Of a stretch of DNA of 64,000 nt, positions 1 through 9,474 are shown in pieces. Source of the DNA: Polyangiales bacterium (GTDB lineage Bacteria > Myxococcota_A > Polyangia > Polyangiales > Houyiibacteriaceae); assembly GCA_045106895.1 (NCBI GenBank), contig JBGCFM010000074.1:12541-76540 (forward strand), in the 5' to 3' direction. Each line of letters starts with the position of its first letter. Position 1 is the stretch's first letter. Position numbers and translations under genes: made by a program. The notes beneath the pieces are model-generated. The model was not told the origin of the DNA and did not search any database. It saw nothing but the letters and a program-made list of their open reading frames with translations.

Positions 1-1
1 A

Positions 2-214
2 CAACCCACAGGAAACGCAATCCTTGGTCGCCTTGGGCAGATGGGCCAGTCCAACGCCAAGAGCCTTGCTGAGACCCTCGGCATTCCTCTCCGAACGGTT
101 CAGGCCGCGCTCAAGGAGCTCGTCAACGATGGGGCCTGCGAGGTGCAACGAATAGGTCGGCGTGTTGAATACGTCGTTGAGGACACCACGTTTCAGGAGA
201 TAACGCTCACCTGA
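2..214 (+). CDS. 3' end of a winged-helix DNA-binding protein (partial; 5' end lies outside the window)
   Basis: The frame is open from the window edge to the TGA at 212-214. The translation ...ILGRLGQMGQSNAKSLAETLGIPLRTVQAALKELVNDGACEVQRIGRRVEYVVEDTTF... has the HTH-plus-wing pattern of wHTH regulators. Confidence 0.4.
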   Translation, partial: QPTGNAILGRLGQMGQSNAKSLAETLGIPLRTVQAALKELVNDGACEVQRIGRRVEYVVEDTTFQEITLT

Positions 215-228
215 AAGACGCGGAGCAC

Positions 229-984
229 TCAGAGCGCAGTGCCGAGAGCTTGGACAACGGGAAGTCCACCAGAACTGTCGTCGCCGCGTCGAAGGAGCGC
301 CACAGTTAGACCCGTCACGGCCGCCACGACAACGAGCGCGGCGACGGTGAGTCCAATGATCAGTCCACGGCGAGGCGCGGACACTTCTTGCGACAAGAGC
401 AAACGTCGCTGGGCGTGTTCACCGGCCTCCAGTTGAACGCGAAGCTCTTGCAGCTGAACGCTCGCTCCACGAACCAGGTAGGTGCCTGGGTCCAGACGTA
501 GGCGGAGATCCCGACCCATAGAGACCGAGCCGGATTCACGTCCGTTGACGAGCAATTCCAAAGGGTCGGGATGCGACGTGACAAGCTCGAGCGTGGCAAC
601 ACCTCGCTCCGCGAGTCGCCGATGAGCGATCAACTCTTCGGACGAGACCGGTGCATCACCGTAACGACCTCGTTCCAGCCCACGCAGCAATACAATGGCC
701 TCTACATACTGAAGTCGGTCGATGAGGACGAGCGCCAAGTTGAAGGCTGATGAGGCCCGAGGAGCAAGTCCGAGCGCCGAACGAAACCCCCGTTCGGCGG
801 CCTGCAGGTTGCCAGACTCGAGGGCATCGAGGGCGCCCTGGTGATGCTCTCTCGCCTCCACCAGTGTTTCGGCGCTCAGTTCTTCGACGGGCTCGCTCCG
901 CGCTTCACTCTGCGCGTAGCCCAAGTTTCCGAGGCTCGACCAAACGAGAAAAGCGGCAACGATTCGTGACGAAACGGCTCGCAT
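229..984 (-). CDS. Secreted TPR-like/PEGA-like protein with a C-terminal TM anchor
   Basis: ORF 229..999. The ATG at 984 gives MRAVSSRIVAAFLVWSSLGNLGYAQ, a signal peptide. It has a TPR-like helix pair (LQAAERGFRSALGL...FNLALVL), a PEGA-like beta segment (LELLVNGRESGSVSMGRDLRLRLDPGTYLV) and a hydrophobic anchor (LIIGLTVAALVVVAAVTGLTVALL). It starts 12 nt after the kinase stop. Confidence 0.6.
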   Translation of the reverse strand: MRAVSSRIVAAFLVWSSLGNLGYAQSEARSEPVEELSAETLVEAREHHQGALDALESGNLQAAERGFRSALGLAPRASSAFNLALVLIDRLQYVEAIVLLRGLERGRYGDAPVSSEELIAHRRLAERGVATLELVTSHPDPLELLVNGRESGSVSMGRDLRLRLDPGTYLVRGASVQLQELRVQLEAGEHAQRRLLLSQEVSAPRRGLIIGLTVAALVVVAAVTGLTVALLRRGDDSSGGLPVVQALGTAL

Positions 985-995
985 GCTCAGCGGGC

Positions 996-2462
996 TCAAA
1001 ACGCCACCGCGTGACTGCGCGCACGCTCTCCGGGTTCTCTGCTTGGAGCGACCATGGTGCGCGGCGGCGGGCCTGTGTTCTCGTCAGCAACACCGTCGCT
1101 CGCGTTCATGGAGTCACTATTGGTCACGACACGATTCATGGGCGTTCTTCTTCTCGAGCGACGGCGACGCTTCGTCGCGGTCTCCGTCGGTGGCTCCAGG
1201 ACGTCTTCGGCGATGGCTCGCTCGCCGGCGATCTGTACTGGTTCTGCAGAGGGCTCAGGAGCAATCGGCGACGGTTGGGCAGGGGAAAGAACGCTATCGG
1301 CACTCGCGTCAGCAACTTCTTCGACGACACCTTCGCTTCCCGGCACGCGAAAAGCGTTCCACGAGATGAGAGCCGCGGCGCACAAAATCAGCACGAAAGC
1401 GATCACTGCGCTTCGTGAAAAGCGCGGGTGCTTTGAAACAGGGCTCCGCGGCGTCGCCGACGAACTGACATCGGCATCGAGGAGCAACGACCTCTGCCGC
1501 GCGACGCTCGCGGTATGTTCGTCGCCGAAAACCGTGGTCATGTACTCGCGGAGGTTCATTTCTCCTTCGTCCGCCACGAGCTCCTCGAGAAGCAAACCGA
1601 TACGTTCGGCTACCTCGTCAGCGCCCGCTGGTCTGTACTCGGGTTTCTTCGCGAGGAGTTCGAAGAGTAGCTCGCACACGACGGTGTGTGTGTCCGGGCG
1701 TATAGACATGATGTCAGGAGGAGGCTCCGCGAGAATCGCGCGCGCCACCTCTGTCGCAGTGTCACGCCGGTACAGACGCGTCCCGGCGAGGAGTTCAAAG
1801 AAGACCACCCCTAAAGAGAATAGGTCGGAACGTAGGTCGAGATCTTCAAAGCGAAGCTGTTCTGGAGACATATAACCTGCCTTTCCTTTCAGGAGGCCGG
1901 TTGTGGTCTCTGCAAGGCGACCAAACGCTTTGGCGATCCCGAAGTCCGTCACCTTCACCGCGCCATCAAAATCGACGAGGATATTCTGTGGCGAGACATC
2001 GCGGTGAATAAGGACCAAGGAAGTGCCATCGAGACCGACTTGTCGGTGGGCTGCAGCGAGCCCTAAGGCGACGCCCTGCACGATGCGGAGGACGATCTGT
2101 TCAGGAATCGCCTGTTCGCGTGACCGGTGGCCGGCAATAAACGCGGAGCAGTTAAGCCCGTCCACGAGCTCCATGACCAAATATGGTCCTGCGTCGTCTT
2201 CGCCAACGTCAAGGACACTCACAATGTTCGGGTGACGGAGCAGTCCAGCGATGCGCCCTTCATCAAGAAACATCAACCGGAACTCGTTGTTCGACCGGAA
2301 CTCAGGCCGAAGTCGTTTGACGGCGTAGAGGCGCTGAAAGTTCGCCCGCACACGAACGGCGAGCTCCACCTGACCCATTCCGCCTTTGGCGAGGATACCG
2401 ACGGTCCGATACTCGCGTTGCGCCGCCTCTTCGGTCATCGCTTTGTTCGTCCAGCGGTCCAT
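996..2462 (-). CDS. Hanks-type Ser/Thr protein kinase with a C-terminal TM segment
   Basis: Kinase motifs: LAKGGMGQV, YAVKRL, catalytic loop HRDVSPQNILV, DFGIAK, YMSPE. The ATG at 2462 lies 1 nt after the upstream gene's TAA (TAATATG). TM segment AVIAFVLILCAAALISW. Confidence 0.9.
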   Translation of the reverse strand: MDRWTNKAMTEEAAQREYRTVGILAKGGMGQVELAVRVRANFQRLYAVKRLRPEFRSNNEFRLMFLDEGRIAGLLRHPNIVSVLDVGEDDAGPYLVMELVDGLNCSAFIAGHRSREQAIPEQIVLRIVQGVALGLAAAHRQVGLDGTSLVLIHRDVSPQNILVDFDGAVKVTDFGIAKAFGRLAETTTGLLKGKAGYMSPEQLRFEDLDLRSDLFSLGVVFFELLAGTRLYRRDTATEVARAILAEPPPDIMSIRPDTHTVVCELLFELLAKKPEYRPAGADEVAERIGLLLEELVADEGEMNLREYMTTVFGDEHTASVARQRSLLLDADVSSSATPRSPVSKHPRFSRSAVIAFVLILCAAALISWNAFRVPGSEGVVEEVADASADSVLSPAQPSPIAPEPSAEPVQIAGERAIAEDVLEPPTETATKRRRRSRRRTPMNRVVTNSDSMNASDGVADENTGPPPRTMVAPSREPGERARSHAVAF

Positions 2463-2463
2463 A

Positions 2464-4050
2464 TTAGTAAGCGGGAACGCAAACGTGCTGAACCTCGATG
2501 GTGGAGGGACCATCTCGACCGAGCTGGCCAAGTTCATTTTCGCCCCAACAGAAGACCCGTCCGTCTCTCGTGAGCCCACACGAGTGACGTTGCCCTACTC
2601 CGACCGTCGCCCAGGTCTCATCGCTGCCCACCATGATCGCGTCGCCTTCGCCGACAAAGTCGATGGATCCGGTCCGTCCCCCTTCCGCATCGCCCCAGCA
2701 CCGCAGCTCTCCCTCCACTGTCACGGCGCAGAAAGCGTTGTCGTCACCGATATACTGGGTAGAGACCGAAACGTGAGACCAGTTTCCCGGCACGATGTGC
2801 GGGACGTCGGCGAACATCTGACGTGTCGCGTCACGTCCGTAACACTCGAGCTGGGCCGAGTCGCGAACAAGACATACGGTGGATACTTCGGCGCTCACGA
2901 CATCGATGTCTGGACCGAGGAACGGAAATGAAGATTGTGTGCACGCAAAGTTGCCCGAACGAAACGCGCACACGTTGCTCCAGAAAGTCAGGATCCGGTC
3001 GTGCCCGCTACGCTCATCGAAGGCATACGCCAGCCCGGGAGTCGTCTCCAACGTGTTTGGATCGCGGCCCAGACACGCCACCCTGCCGAGATCGTCAATG
3101 GTGCATGTGAAGCTCGGACCTAGGGAGACTGCGGCAAAACTACTTTCTTCTTCAAGGGAGCGCTCACAGCATGGACGAACATTAGGCTGCGATGGTCCAA
3201 TGATCTCAAAGTCGCCGTTGTTCCGGCCTCCGCAGCGAAGCGCACCATTCGCGATCAGACATACGTGCTCGGAGTCGACCTCGATGGACTCGATGTCCGA
3301 GGCGAAGCGCGCGACTCCCGACGAATCGACGACGCGCGTGGGACGGCGAGGATGGTTATCCCAAGACTCGAACATGTCGGCTACTCTGCCCCAGCAGAAC
3401 GCTTCGCCGCTGGAAAGTGCGCAGCTCATATTTCGTCCGACGGACAACGAGTCGATGGTCAAACAATCGCTATCGGGACAAACGGACGGCGACGAGGTGG
3501 TGCCTTCGACATCGCGGGGCATCGCCGCATAGCAAGCGCTACTACAGCCTCCGGAAACACACGTATCGTGGCTGCCGCAAGTGTCCGCAGAGTCAAAGTC
3601 GCCGTTGGGTCGGTCTGCAGGTTCCGGGCAAGCGCGCCCAAAACGCACGCGTATCTCTCCGTTCCCCGCCTCGTCGCCTTGCAAGAAGTCACCTCGAACT
3701 CGTACCCAACTTAAGCGCTCGCCTTCATGAATGAGCTCCGCAAAGACCGTGTAACGCCGGTCAAGAGCGTCCGTTTCCGTGGCGATACGTAGCCTTGTTC
3801 CTTCCTCGAAAAGAACCGGCGTGAGCACTTGTCCGTCTTGGTGTTGGCGGCGCCCGTCCGGCCAGAACGTGACATGGAGCATGGTGTCCATCGGTACGAC
3901 AAGATCCGCATCGACATCAAAGATGAGCTCTGTCATCGGCCCAGGGACGGCCTCGTTGGCGGGGACGCATCCCAAAGCCCACGCACTTAGCGCGACTAAG
4001 AGCGCGCAGCGGGGAAGGCGACGACGCGGCTGCGGCCCTTCGAGGATCAC
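2464..4050 (-). CDS. RCC1-like repeat (beta-propeller) lipoprotein
   Basis: A GTG at 4050 gives VILEGPQPRRRLPRCALLVALSAWALGC, a lipobox. RCC1-type repeats recur: FCWGENELGQLG, LRCWGDAEGGRTG, AFCWGRV, VACLGRD, LRCGGRNNGDFE. The longer ORF up to 4425 would overlap the divergent gene. Confidence 0.7.
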   Translation of the reverse strand: MILEGPQPRRRLPRCALLVALSAWALGCVPANEAVPGPMTELIFDVDADLVVPMDTMLHVTFWPDGRRQHQDGQVLTPVLFEEGTRLRIATETDALDRRYTVFAELIHEGERLSWVRVRGDFLQGDEAGNGEIRVRFGRACPEPADRPNGDFDSADTCGSHDTCVSGGCSSACYAAMPRDVEGTTSSPSVCPDSDCLTIDSLSVGRNMSCALSSGEAFCWGRVADMFESWDNHPRRPTRVVDSSGVARFASDIESIEVDSEHVCLIANGALRCGGRNNGDFEIIGPSQPNVRPCCERSLEEESSFAAVSLGPSFTCTIDDLGRVACLGRDPNTLETTPGLAYAFDERSGHDRILTFWSNVCAFRSGNFACTQSSFPFLGPDIDVVSAEVSTVCLVRDSAQLECYGRDATRQMFADVPHIVPGNWSHVSVSTQYIGDDNAFCAVTVEGELRCWGDAEGGRTGSIDFVGEGDAIMVGSDETWATVGVGQRHSCGLTRDGRVFCWGENELGQLGRDGPSTIEVQHVCVPAY

Positions 4051-4147
4051 TCGCCAATAGTGTGCGCATCCGCGCTTCTGGGCAAGTATCGCAATGCGCG
4101 CAGACTGTCTTACGTCCGCTCTGCTTCGGCCATGTAGACTGATAGGT

Positions 4148-5776
4148 ATGCGGATTCGGTCATTGTTCTCCATCCTTGGCGTATTGCTCATTGGCGCTTG
4201 CGATGGGCGCATCGGCGACACCGTGGATCTCCCCCCGGGCGTTGAGTTGGAACCCCCAGAGGAAATTGAACCGGAGGCCCCGGTCGGCCCAGGACGCTCC
4301 AAGCTTCGGCGACTCAACGCCCGCGAGTACCGAAACACCATTGAGGACTTCTTCGGTCGGGAGTTGCCAGCCGACCTCGAGCTTCCGGACGACACTGTCA
4401 ATCTGAACGGCTCCGGCTTTGACACGGACGGCTCGATTCTGTCGCTCTCGGGCGCGGCGGAAGGTTACTACAACACCGCCGCGAACTTTGGCACTCAGAT
4501 GCGCGAGGGCGGCGGCCTCTCCCCCTTCGCCCATTGTGCAGAGTTGCCGGTCAGCGAAATCTGGTCGTGCTTCGAACCGGAGCTTGGTTGGTGGCTCGGC
4601 TGGCTTCATCGCCGACCGGTAAGCGAAGAGACCATCGCGCGCTTGGTCACGCTTGGGCAGTCGCTTGACGACAGCTACGGAGCGGCGATCGAAACGCTCG
4701 TTACCTACGCTCTCACGTCTCCCAACTTCTTGTTTCACTACGTACGCGATTCCACGGACGACGCCGTGGACCCCTACGAGCTTGCAGACCGCTTGTCGTA
4801 CTTTGTGTGGTCCTCGGGGCCCGATGACGTTCTTCTGGCAGCAGCCGCCGACTCTTCGCTTCTTACGCCCGAGGTGCTCGAAGCGCAGACACGCCGCCTG
4901 TTGGAGGACGAGCGCGCGTCGCGCATGTACCAGGACTTTTCCCGAATGTGGGTTCAGCTCGACAGCCTGCTTCGACGAGGAAGCAACGATGCAGAAGACG
5001 TGCTTTACCGTGATATTCGACAGGAGACGCTGCTCTTCGTTGAGACGGTCTTTGTGGAAGAGACGCTCGACACGCTCTTCAGCGCCGATTGGACTTTCCT
5101 AAACCAGCGCCTGGCAGACCATTACGGAGTCGACGCAGCTGACTTTGGCGAAGAGTTTGAGCGCACACCCGCTCTTCCGCAGCGACGTGGTCTCATGACA
5201 CACGCATCTGTGCTCTTCGCACATTCGCCATCCGGCGTAAGCGACCCGATTCGACGTGGGTTTTGGACCGCCGGACGCCTCGTCTGTAACCCGCCGCCTC
5301 GGGGTTCGATCCCAAATGTCGCTCCACTTCGCAACACCGATGGTGGCGAGACGGTACGAGAAATCCTAGCCGATCACCGACGTATCCCAGCCTGCGCGTC
5401 CTGCCATGAGTACACGGATCCGTATGGACTTGCCCTCGAAGTCTTCGACCACATCGGACGACTACGCACCACCTACGCGAACGGTCGCGACGTGGACCCG
5501 TCCGGCGTGCTGCCCAGCGGGGAGACTTTCGCTGACGCAAACGAACTAGGAGAGGTCATCGTTTCTCGCGGAGACCTGCCGCGCTGCATCAACCAGTACC
5601 TAACGGGCTACGCCATCGGTCGCGACCTCACCGATGCAGACAAGGAGAATGCCGCATCGGACCTGGCCCGCTTCAGCGACGAGCGCGGGCTCACCAGCAA
5701 CGAGGTCACGTTTAGAGATCTGGTGGTGCGAATCGTGCTTTCCCGACAGTTCGCTCAGGCAGGAGAGATGCAATGA
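4148..5776 (+). CDS. DUF1592/DUF1588/DUF1585-type protein (Planctomycete-type PSD/PSCyt domains) with a CxxCH motif
   Basis: The ATG at 4148 gives MRIRSLFSILGVLLIGAC, a lipoprotein signal. Family-like motifs: LRRLNAREYRNTIEDFFG and IPACASCHEYTDPYGLALEVFDHIGRLR. Its stop overlaps the next gene's start (ATGA at 5773-5776). Confidence 0.7.
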   Translation: MRIRSLFSILGVLLIGACDGRIGDTVDLPPGVELEPPEEIEPEAPVGPGRSKLRRLNAREYRNTIEDFFGRELPADLELPDDTVNLNGSGFDTDGSILSLSGAAEGYYNTAANFGTQMREGGGLSPFAHCAELPVSEIWSCFEPELGWWLGWLHRRPVSEETIARLVTLGQSLDDSYGAAIETLVTYALTSPNFLFHYVRDSTDDAVDPYELADRLSYFVWSSGPDDVLLAAAADSSLLTPEVLEAQTRRLLEDERASRMYQDFSRMWVQLDSLLRRGSNDAEDVLYRDIRQETLLFVETVFVEETLDTLFSADWTFLNQRLADHYGVDAADFGEEFERTPALPQRRGLMTHASVLFAHSPSGVSDPIRRGFWTAGRLVCNPPPRGSIPNVAPLRNTDGGETVREILADHRRIPACASCHEYTDPYGLALEVFDHIGRLRTTYANGRDVDPSGVLPSGETFADANELGEVIVSRGDLPRCINQYLTGYAIGRDLTDADKENAASDLARFSDERGLTSNEVTFRDLVVRIVLSRQFAQAGEMQ

Positions 5777-7122
5777 CTCGAAACAACCTCAGACGCCGAC
5801 AGTTCCTTCGGGGCGCAGGCGCGACACTCGCCCTGCCGACGCTCGTGAGTCTACTGCCGAAGCACGCGCGGGCTCAGGTCATGCCCAAGCGCTACCTGCA
5901 AATCTACCACCCGAACGGGACGACGCAGAGGCTGGGTGTGGCGACTCCTCCACCGGAGCTGATCTCTCGGCTGAGCGAGTTCCGTTCCAAGATGAGCGTT
6001 GTCTACAACATGGACAACAACCAGATTCGCTGGGGCATGCATCCCTACTCGAACCATCACCACATGAACTGCCGCATCGTCTTGTACAGTGGCGACATCT
6101 TCGCGGGAACCGGCGGCGAGACCATCACCATCGATCAGGTCATCGCGAACCAGATCGGCAACGAGACGCCACATCGGTCCATCGCGATCAACCTCTTTCC
6201 AAAGTTCGAGTCCCACGAAGGAGTGCCACCTTCGCACTTCACGAGTCTTGGCTGGCGAGGACCGAGCCAACCCGTCGTTCCTTACGCAGAACCACGAAGA
6301 CTCTTCAACACTCTGTTTCCAGACGGCGGCGCGCCGCCAACGGGCGGTCCTTCCCTTGCGCGCCGCCGACGTGGTCTCGTCCTCGACGCCCTGGTGGAAG
6401 AGATTGGAACAGCCAGACGCCGCGTCAGCGCCGACGACCGACTTCGGCTGGACGAATACCTGACCGGAATCGAAGAACTCGACCGGCGAACTGCACTTCT
6501 TGAAGAAGAGCCACGCCTACCGGCCTGTGATGCTTCCGAGCCCGTTGGAATGGATGCGACGGAACGCAACTACCCCGAATACTTGGCCGTCATGCAGGAA
6601 CTCTCTATTCGTGCGTTTCAGTGCGACGCTACGCGCGTCATCAACTTCTGCCATGCGTCCGTGGCCGGCGGGGGACGTGGTTTCAACCACTCCTTCCTCA
6701 ACGGATTCGAGGGGTCCAGCGACAGCTGGCATGCACTTTCCCATTGGGCGACACCTTATGGAAATCTCTCGCAGGATTCGGAGCTCAACCTTCGCGACTT
6801 CACGCGAATCAACCAGTGGCACTACGACCGTGTCGCGGATTTTCTTCGCCGACTCGAAGAGACGCCTTCCGCGGAGGGCGGCAACCTTCTCGACGACACC
6901 CTCGTTGCCTGGGGCAGTTCCATGAGCCAGGGAACGGACCACAGTTCCCAAAACCTGTACCAGGTTCTCATCGGCGGCGGCGACCGGTTTAGACATGGTT
7001 CCGACATCGACGTGTCTGGGGGACACACCGCAAATATGCACACCACCATGATGCGTGCTTTTGGCGCAGGCGGTTCTTTTGGTCAGGCGAACGGCGACAT
7101 CGACTCTGAGCTATTGGCTTAA
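5773..7122 (+). CDS. DUF1552 domain protein with a twin-arginine (Tat) signal
   Basis: The N-terminus MTRNNLRRRQFLRGAGATLALPTLVSLL is Tat-like. An AGGAGA sequence sits 7 nt upstream. The gene is translationally coupled to the DUF1592-type gene, which is the canonical pairing. Confidence 0.7.
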   Translation: MTRNNLRRRQFLRGAGATLALPTLVSLLPKHARAQVMPKRYLQIYHPNGTTQRLGVATPPPELISRLSEFRSKMSVVYNMDNNQIRWGMHPYSNHHHMNCRIVLYSGDIFAGTGGETITIDQVIANQIGNETPHRSIAINLFPKFESHEGVPPSHFTSLGWRGPSQPVVPYAEPRRLFNTLFPDGGAPPTGGPSLARRRRGLVLDALVEEIGTARRRVSADDRLRLDEYLTGIEELDRRTALLEEEPRLPACDASEPVGMDATERNYPEYLAVMQELSIRAFQCDATRVINFCHASVAGGGRGFNHSFLNGFEGSSDSWHALSHWATPYGNLSQDSELNLRDFTRINQWHYDRVADFLRRLEETPSAEGGNLLDDTLVAWGSSMSQGTDHSSQNLYQVLIGGGDRFRHGSDIDVSGGHTANMHTTMMRAFGAGGSFGQANGDIDSELLA

Positions 7123-7132
7123 GCGCCCCAAG

Positions 7133-7168
7133 AAAAACCCACGCGCCTTTCAGCCCGTGGGTCTTTTT
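7133..7168. terminator. Bidirectional Rho-independent terminator between convergent genes
   Basis: AAAAACCCACG-(12 nt)-CGTGGGTCTTTTT: a 7-bp stem (7137-7143 / 7156-7162) flanked by an A-run and a T-run. Confidence 0.55.
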
Positions 7169-7214
7169 GCGTGTCCGAAGCGCGTAACGTACGCCCTTCT
7201 CTTGATGCCGAACG

Positions 7215-7352
7215 CTACTTCTTGCCCTTGGCGGCGTCAGCACCCTTCGATTGAGACGCTTGTTTCTTCGCTGCCTTGTCCGTCGAAGATTTGTTCTTCG
7301 CGTCTTTCTGGCCAGCGTTCTTGGACTTGGATTTCGGTGATTTGTCGCCCAT
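7215..7352 (-). CDS. Small lysine-rich basic protein (45 aa)
   Basis: MGDKSPKSKSKNAGQKDAKNKSSTDKAAKKQASQSKGADAAKGKK. An AAGGAG sequence sits about 10 nt upstream of the ATG at 7352, and the terminator lies downstream. Confidence 0.45.
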   Translation of the reverse strand: MGDKSPKSKSKNAGQKDAKNKSSTDKAAKKQASQSKGADAAKGKK

Positions 7353-7401
7353 TGTTTCGATGCTCCTTCGGCGGCGAGGATGCCCCCGGCGGACGAGGAT
7401 C

Positions 7402-8004
7402 TCACGGCTTGAGCAACAACACCATGCCGTCGCCGAATTCACCTCCGGGTCGGGGGTGAGTTCCCAAAGAGACTAAGGAACGAGCTGCATGCATCGAAAC
7501 CCGATGCGCGGGTGGGTGCTGGGGTGGTTCGCTCACATTAAAAGCATAGCGCCCGGCCCGGGCTCCCGACGTGCTGGACCCGCGATGTACATGCCGCGAA
7601 GTGGACTGGAGTTGGCGAAGAGGAAAATGCCATCGCCATGAAGTTGGGGAACATCGACGAGGAGTGCCGCTTGCCAAGCGGGAGCGTCATCGGGGGCCGG
7701 AAGTCCGACGACCGGCAGCCAGCGCGCGACATCGAAGGCAAAAATTATCGCCTCCGCCCCCAAACAGCTCTGCAAGGGGAATATCGTTGATGTGCGGATT
7801 CTCGGAAGACACCAACGCGCTCGTGACCCCGGTGCATGTTCCAGCGCGGCTCTCGCATTGATCCGAGGTCCACTCCCAGACATTGCCTACAAGATCCTGA
7901 ACGCCGTAGCGAGAAACGCATCGCGCAGACGCAATGCCTCCGCTCCGGAGAGTGCGAACGCCCGAAGAGTCCGACAACCCAGGTGAGACGCGAAATTCTG
8001 TCAT
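7402..8004 (-). pseudogene. Decayed FGE-sulfatase (SUMF1-like) domain gene: N-terminally short, with frame disruptions
   Basis: Frame 1 has YGVQDLVGNVWEWTSD. A middle piece reads well only in another frame (IIFAFDVARWLPVVGLPAPDDAPAWQAALLVDVPQLHGDGIFLFANSSPLRG). The C-terminal piece returns to frame 1 (RGSSTSGARAGRYAFNVSEPPQ...MHAARS). An in-frame TGA lies at 7687-7689. The first shift is near the T5 run at about 7741-7746. Confidence 0.45.
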
Positions 8005-8041
8005 TTATATCACCTGATATACGAACAAAAACCGCAAAATG

Positions 8042-9418
8042 TTAGTCCGTGGCGATATCAAAGATCAGACGAAACGATCGCGCGTTCGGATCTTCGGGGT
8101 GATCCTCGTCTTCGTCGGGCAATCGATGGGAGAGGTTGGTCACGGCCACGACGACGAACTCCGTGTCGGGCGAGAGTTCAACGGGAAGATAACTCCGACC
8201 ATCCGCACGACGCGGCGGCGCTGAGAGGCGCCCCTGCTCGTTCCCCTCGCCATTGAGACGCGTCGCGCTGAGGGCCCATTCGACGCCATATTCCCCGCGC
8301 AACCAAACCCGCAGTCGCGCCTGTGGGGGAGCGCCACGGACATCCACGCGTGCGTAGGCGCTGCCATAAGGGTTGACCTCGATGCCGCCGGGCGAGTGAA
8401 AAGGGAGCGAGGAGATCTCCGCGACAATGGCGTCATCGATGCGCACATCCTCCGGGGCGGCAAGGCCGGAGAGAAGAGACGGGTCGTGTCCATGACCGAT
8501 GAAATAGCGGTCCCACGCGGCTTTCTCCGCGACGGTGGACATCAACTCGCCGGCGGCGTCGAGGATGACTGAAAATGCCTGCCATAGGTCCGGTGAGCCG
8601 CGGAGGCCTTCGCCGTCCCAGGTTCGCTGCCGTGCAACCTCGAGCCAATCGCGAACGAAGGCGCCCTGCCCTGCACCATGGCGCTCGGAGAGAATCGCAA
8701 GGAGCACGCCCCCACCTGCGCCATCGTCGGCATCGAACCAAGCCCGCTCCGGAAACTCCTGAAGCTCCGACATGGCGGACGCGCAGCCAAAACGCCCGGT
8801 CCATCGCCACGTGAGCCAGGACGCAAAGGCATTGTGCCACCGAGGACCTTCCTCGGGAAGGAGCGAGAGCATCGACGCCCGCGCGTACGCTTCGACGGCG
8901 CAAGTGCGTATATCTTCGCCAGCGGTGACCGGATCGAGGGTCGCGAAGGCCGTGGCGCGGTCGAAGAACGACCACTCGCTCATTCCATCGGTCTGAGCGG
9001 AGCGAATGTCGGGTGTCGCCTGGAGGTAAAGGTCAAAGCCATCGGAACCGCCGCGGCCGCCATCGTTCAGGGGCTCGTAGAAGCCGCCGGCGCGGAGGTA
9101 ACGCGCAAACGCCTCTAGCTCAGGCAGGAGATCCTGCGCCACGGCCGCAAACTCATCGCCGCCATGAACATTGATTTCCCCGTCCAACGAACAAGCCAGT
9201 GGAGCTTCCGGCGGCCGGCTCGCGCCCTCGGGCTTTTCAACGCGCGGCCCAAACCAGCCGCGCCGAGTCATGTCGGCGATCGCGTTTCCCATCTCCTCGG
9301 CACCGGGAAAAGTCCCCTGAGCCAGGGCTCTCGCCGGGATAAACTGGGCACCAAAGACAACGCTCAGGACAACGACCAGGCCTGAGACGGGGAGTAGACG
9401 CACGCCTTGGCTTAGCAT
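8042..9418 (-). CDS. Secreted hypothetical protein
   Basis: The ATG at 9418 gives MLSQGVRLLPVSGLVVVLSVVFGAQFIPARALAQG, a signal peptide. The reading frame is 458 aa, uninterrupted and protein-like in composition. I recognised no family. Confidence 0.6.
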   Translation of the reverse strand: MLSQGVRLLPVSGLVVVLSVVFGAQFIPARALAQGTFPGAEEMGNAIADMTRRGWFGPRVEKPEGASRPPEAPLACSLDGEINVHGGDEFAAVAQDLLPELEAFARYLRAGGFYEPLNDGGRGGSDGFDLYLQATPDIRSAQTDGMSEWSFFDRATAFATLDPVTAGEDIRTCAVEAYARASMLSLLPEEGPRWHNAFASWLTWRWTGRFGCASAMSELQEFPERAWFDADDGAGGGVLLAILSERHGAGQGAFVRDWLEVARQRTWDGEGLRGSPDLWQAFSVILDAAGELMSTVAEKAAWDRYFIGHGHDPSLLSGLAAPEDVRIDDAIVAEISSLPFHSPGGIEVNPYGSAYARVDVRGAPPQARLRVWLRGEYGVEWALSATRLNGEGNEQGRLSAPPRRADGRSYLPVELSPDTEFVVVAVTNLSHRLPDEDEDHPEDPNARSFRLIFDIATD

Positions 9419-9474
9419 TTTCGCTGAAACGCGGGAATACCTGCCGTGAAGCCCTGCATCAAAATGCAGGGGAT

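Noticed and set aside
750-2573. Plus-strand ORFs (750..1418, 1054..1875, 2127..2573) antisense to the kinase and TPR genes.
   Set aside because: They are typical high-GC antisense artefacts with Arg/Ser-rich translations. The minus strand carries unambiguous kinase motifs.
5290-5312. A tRNA T-loop-like motif, GGTTCGATCCC.
   Set aside because: The flanks cannot form a T-stem or acceptor stem (CGGGG versus CCCAA), and the motif lies inside a well-supported CDS. I saw no other tRNA-like signature in the window.
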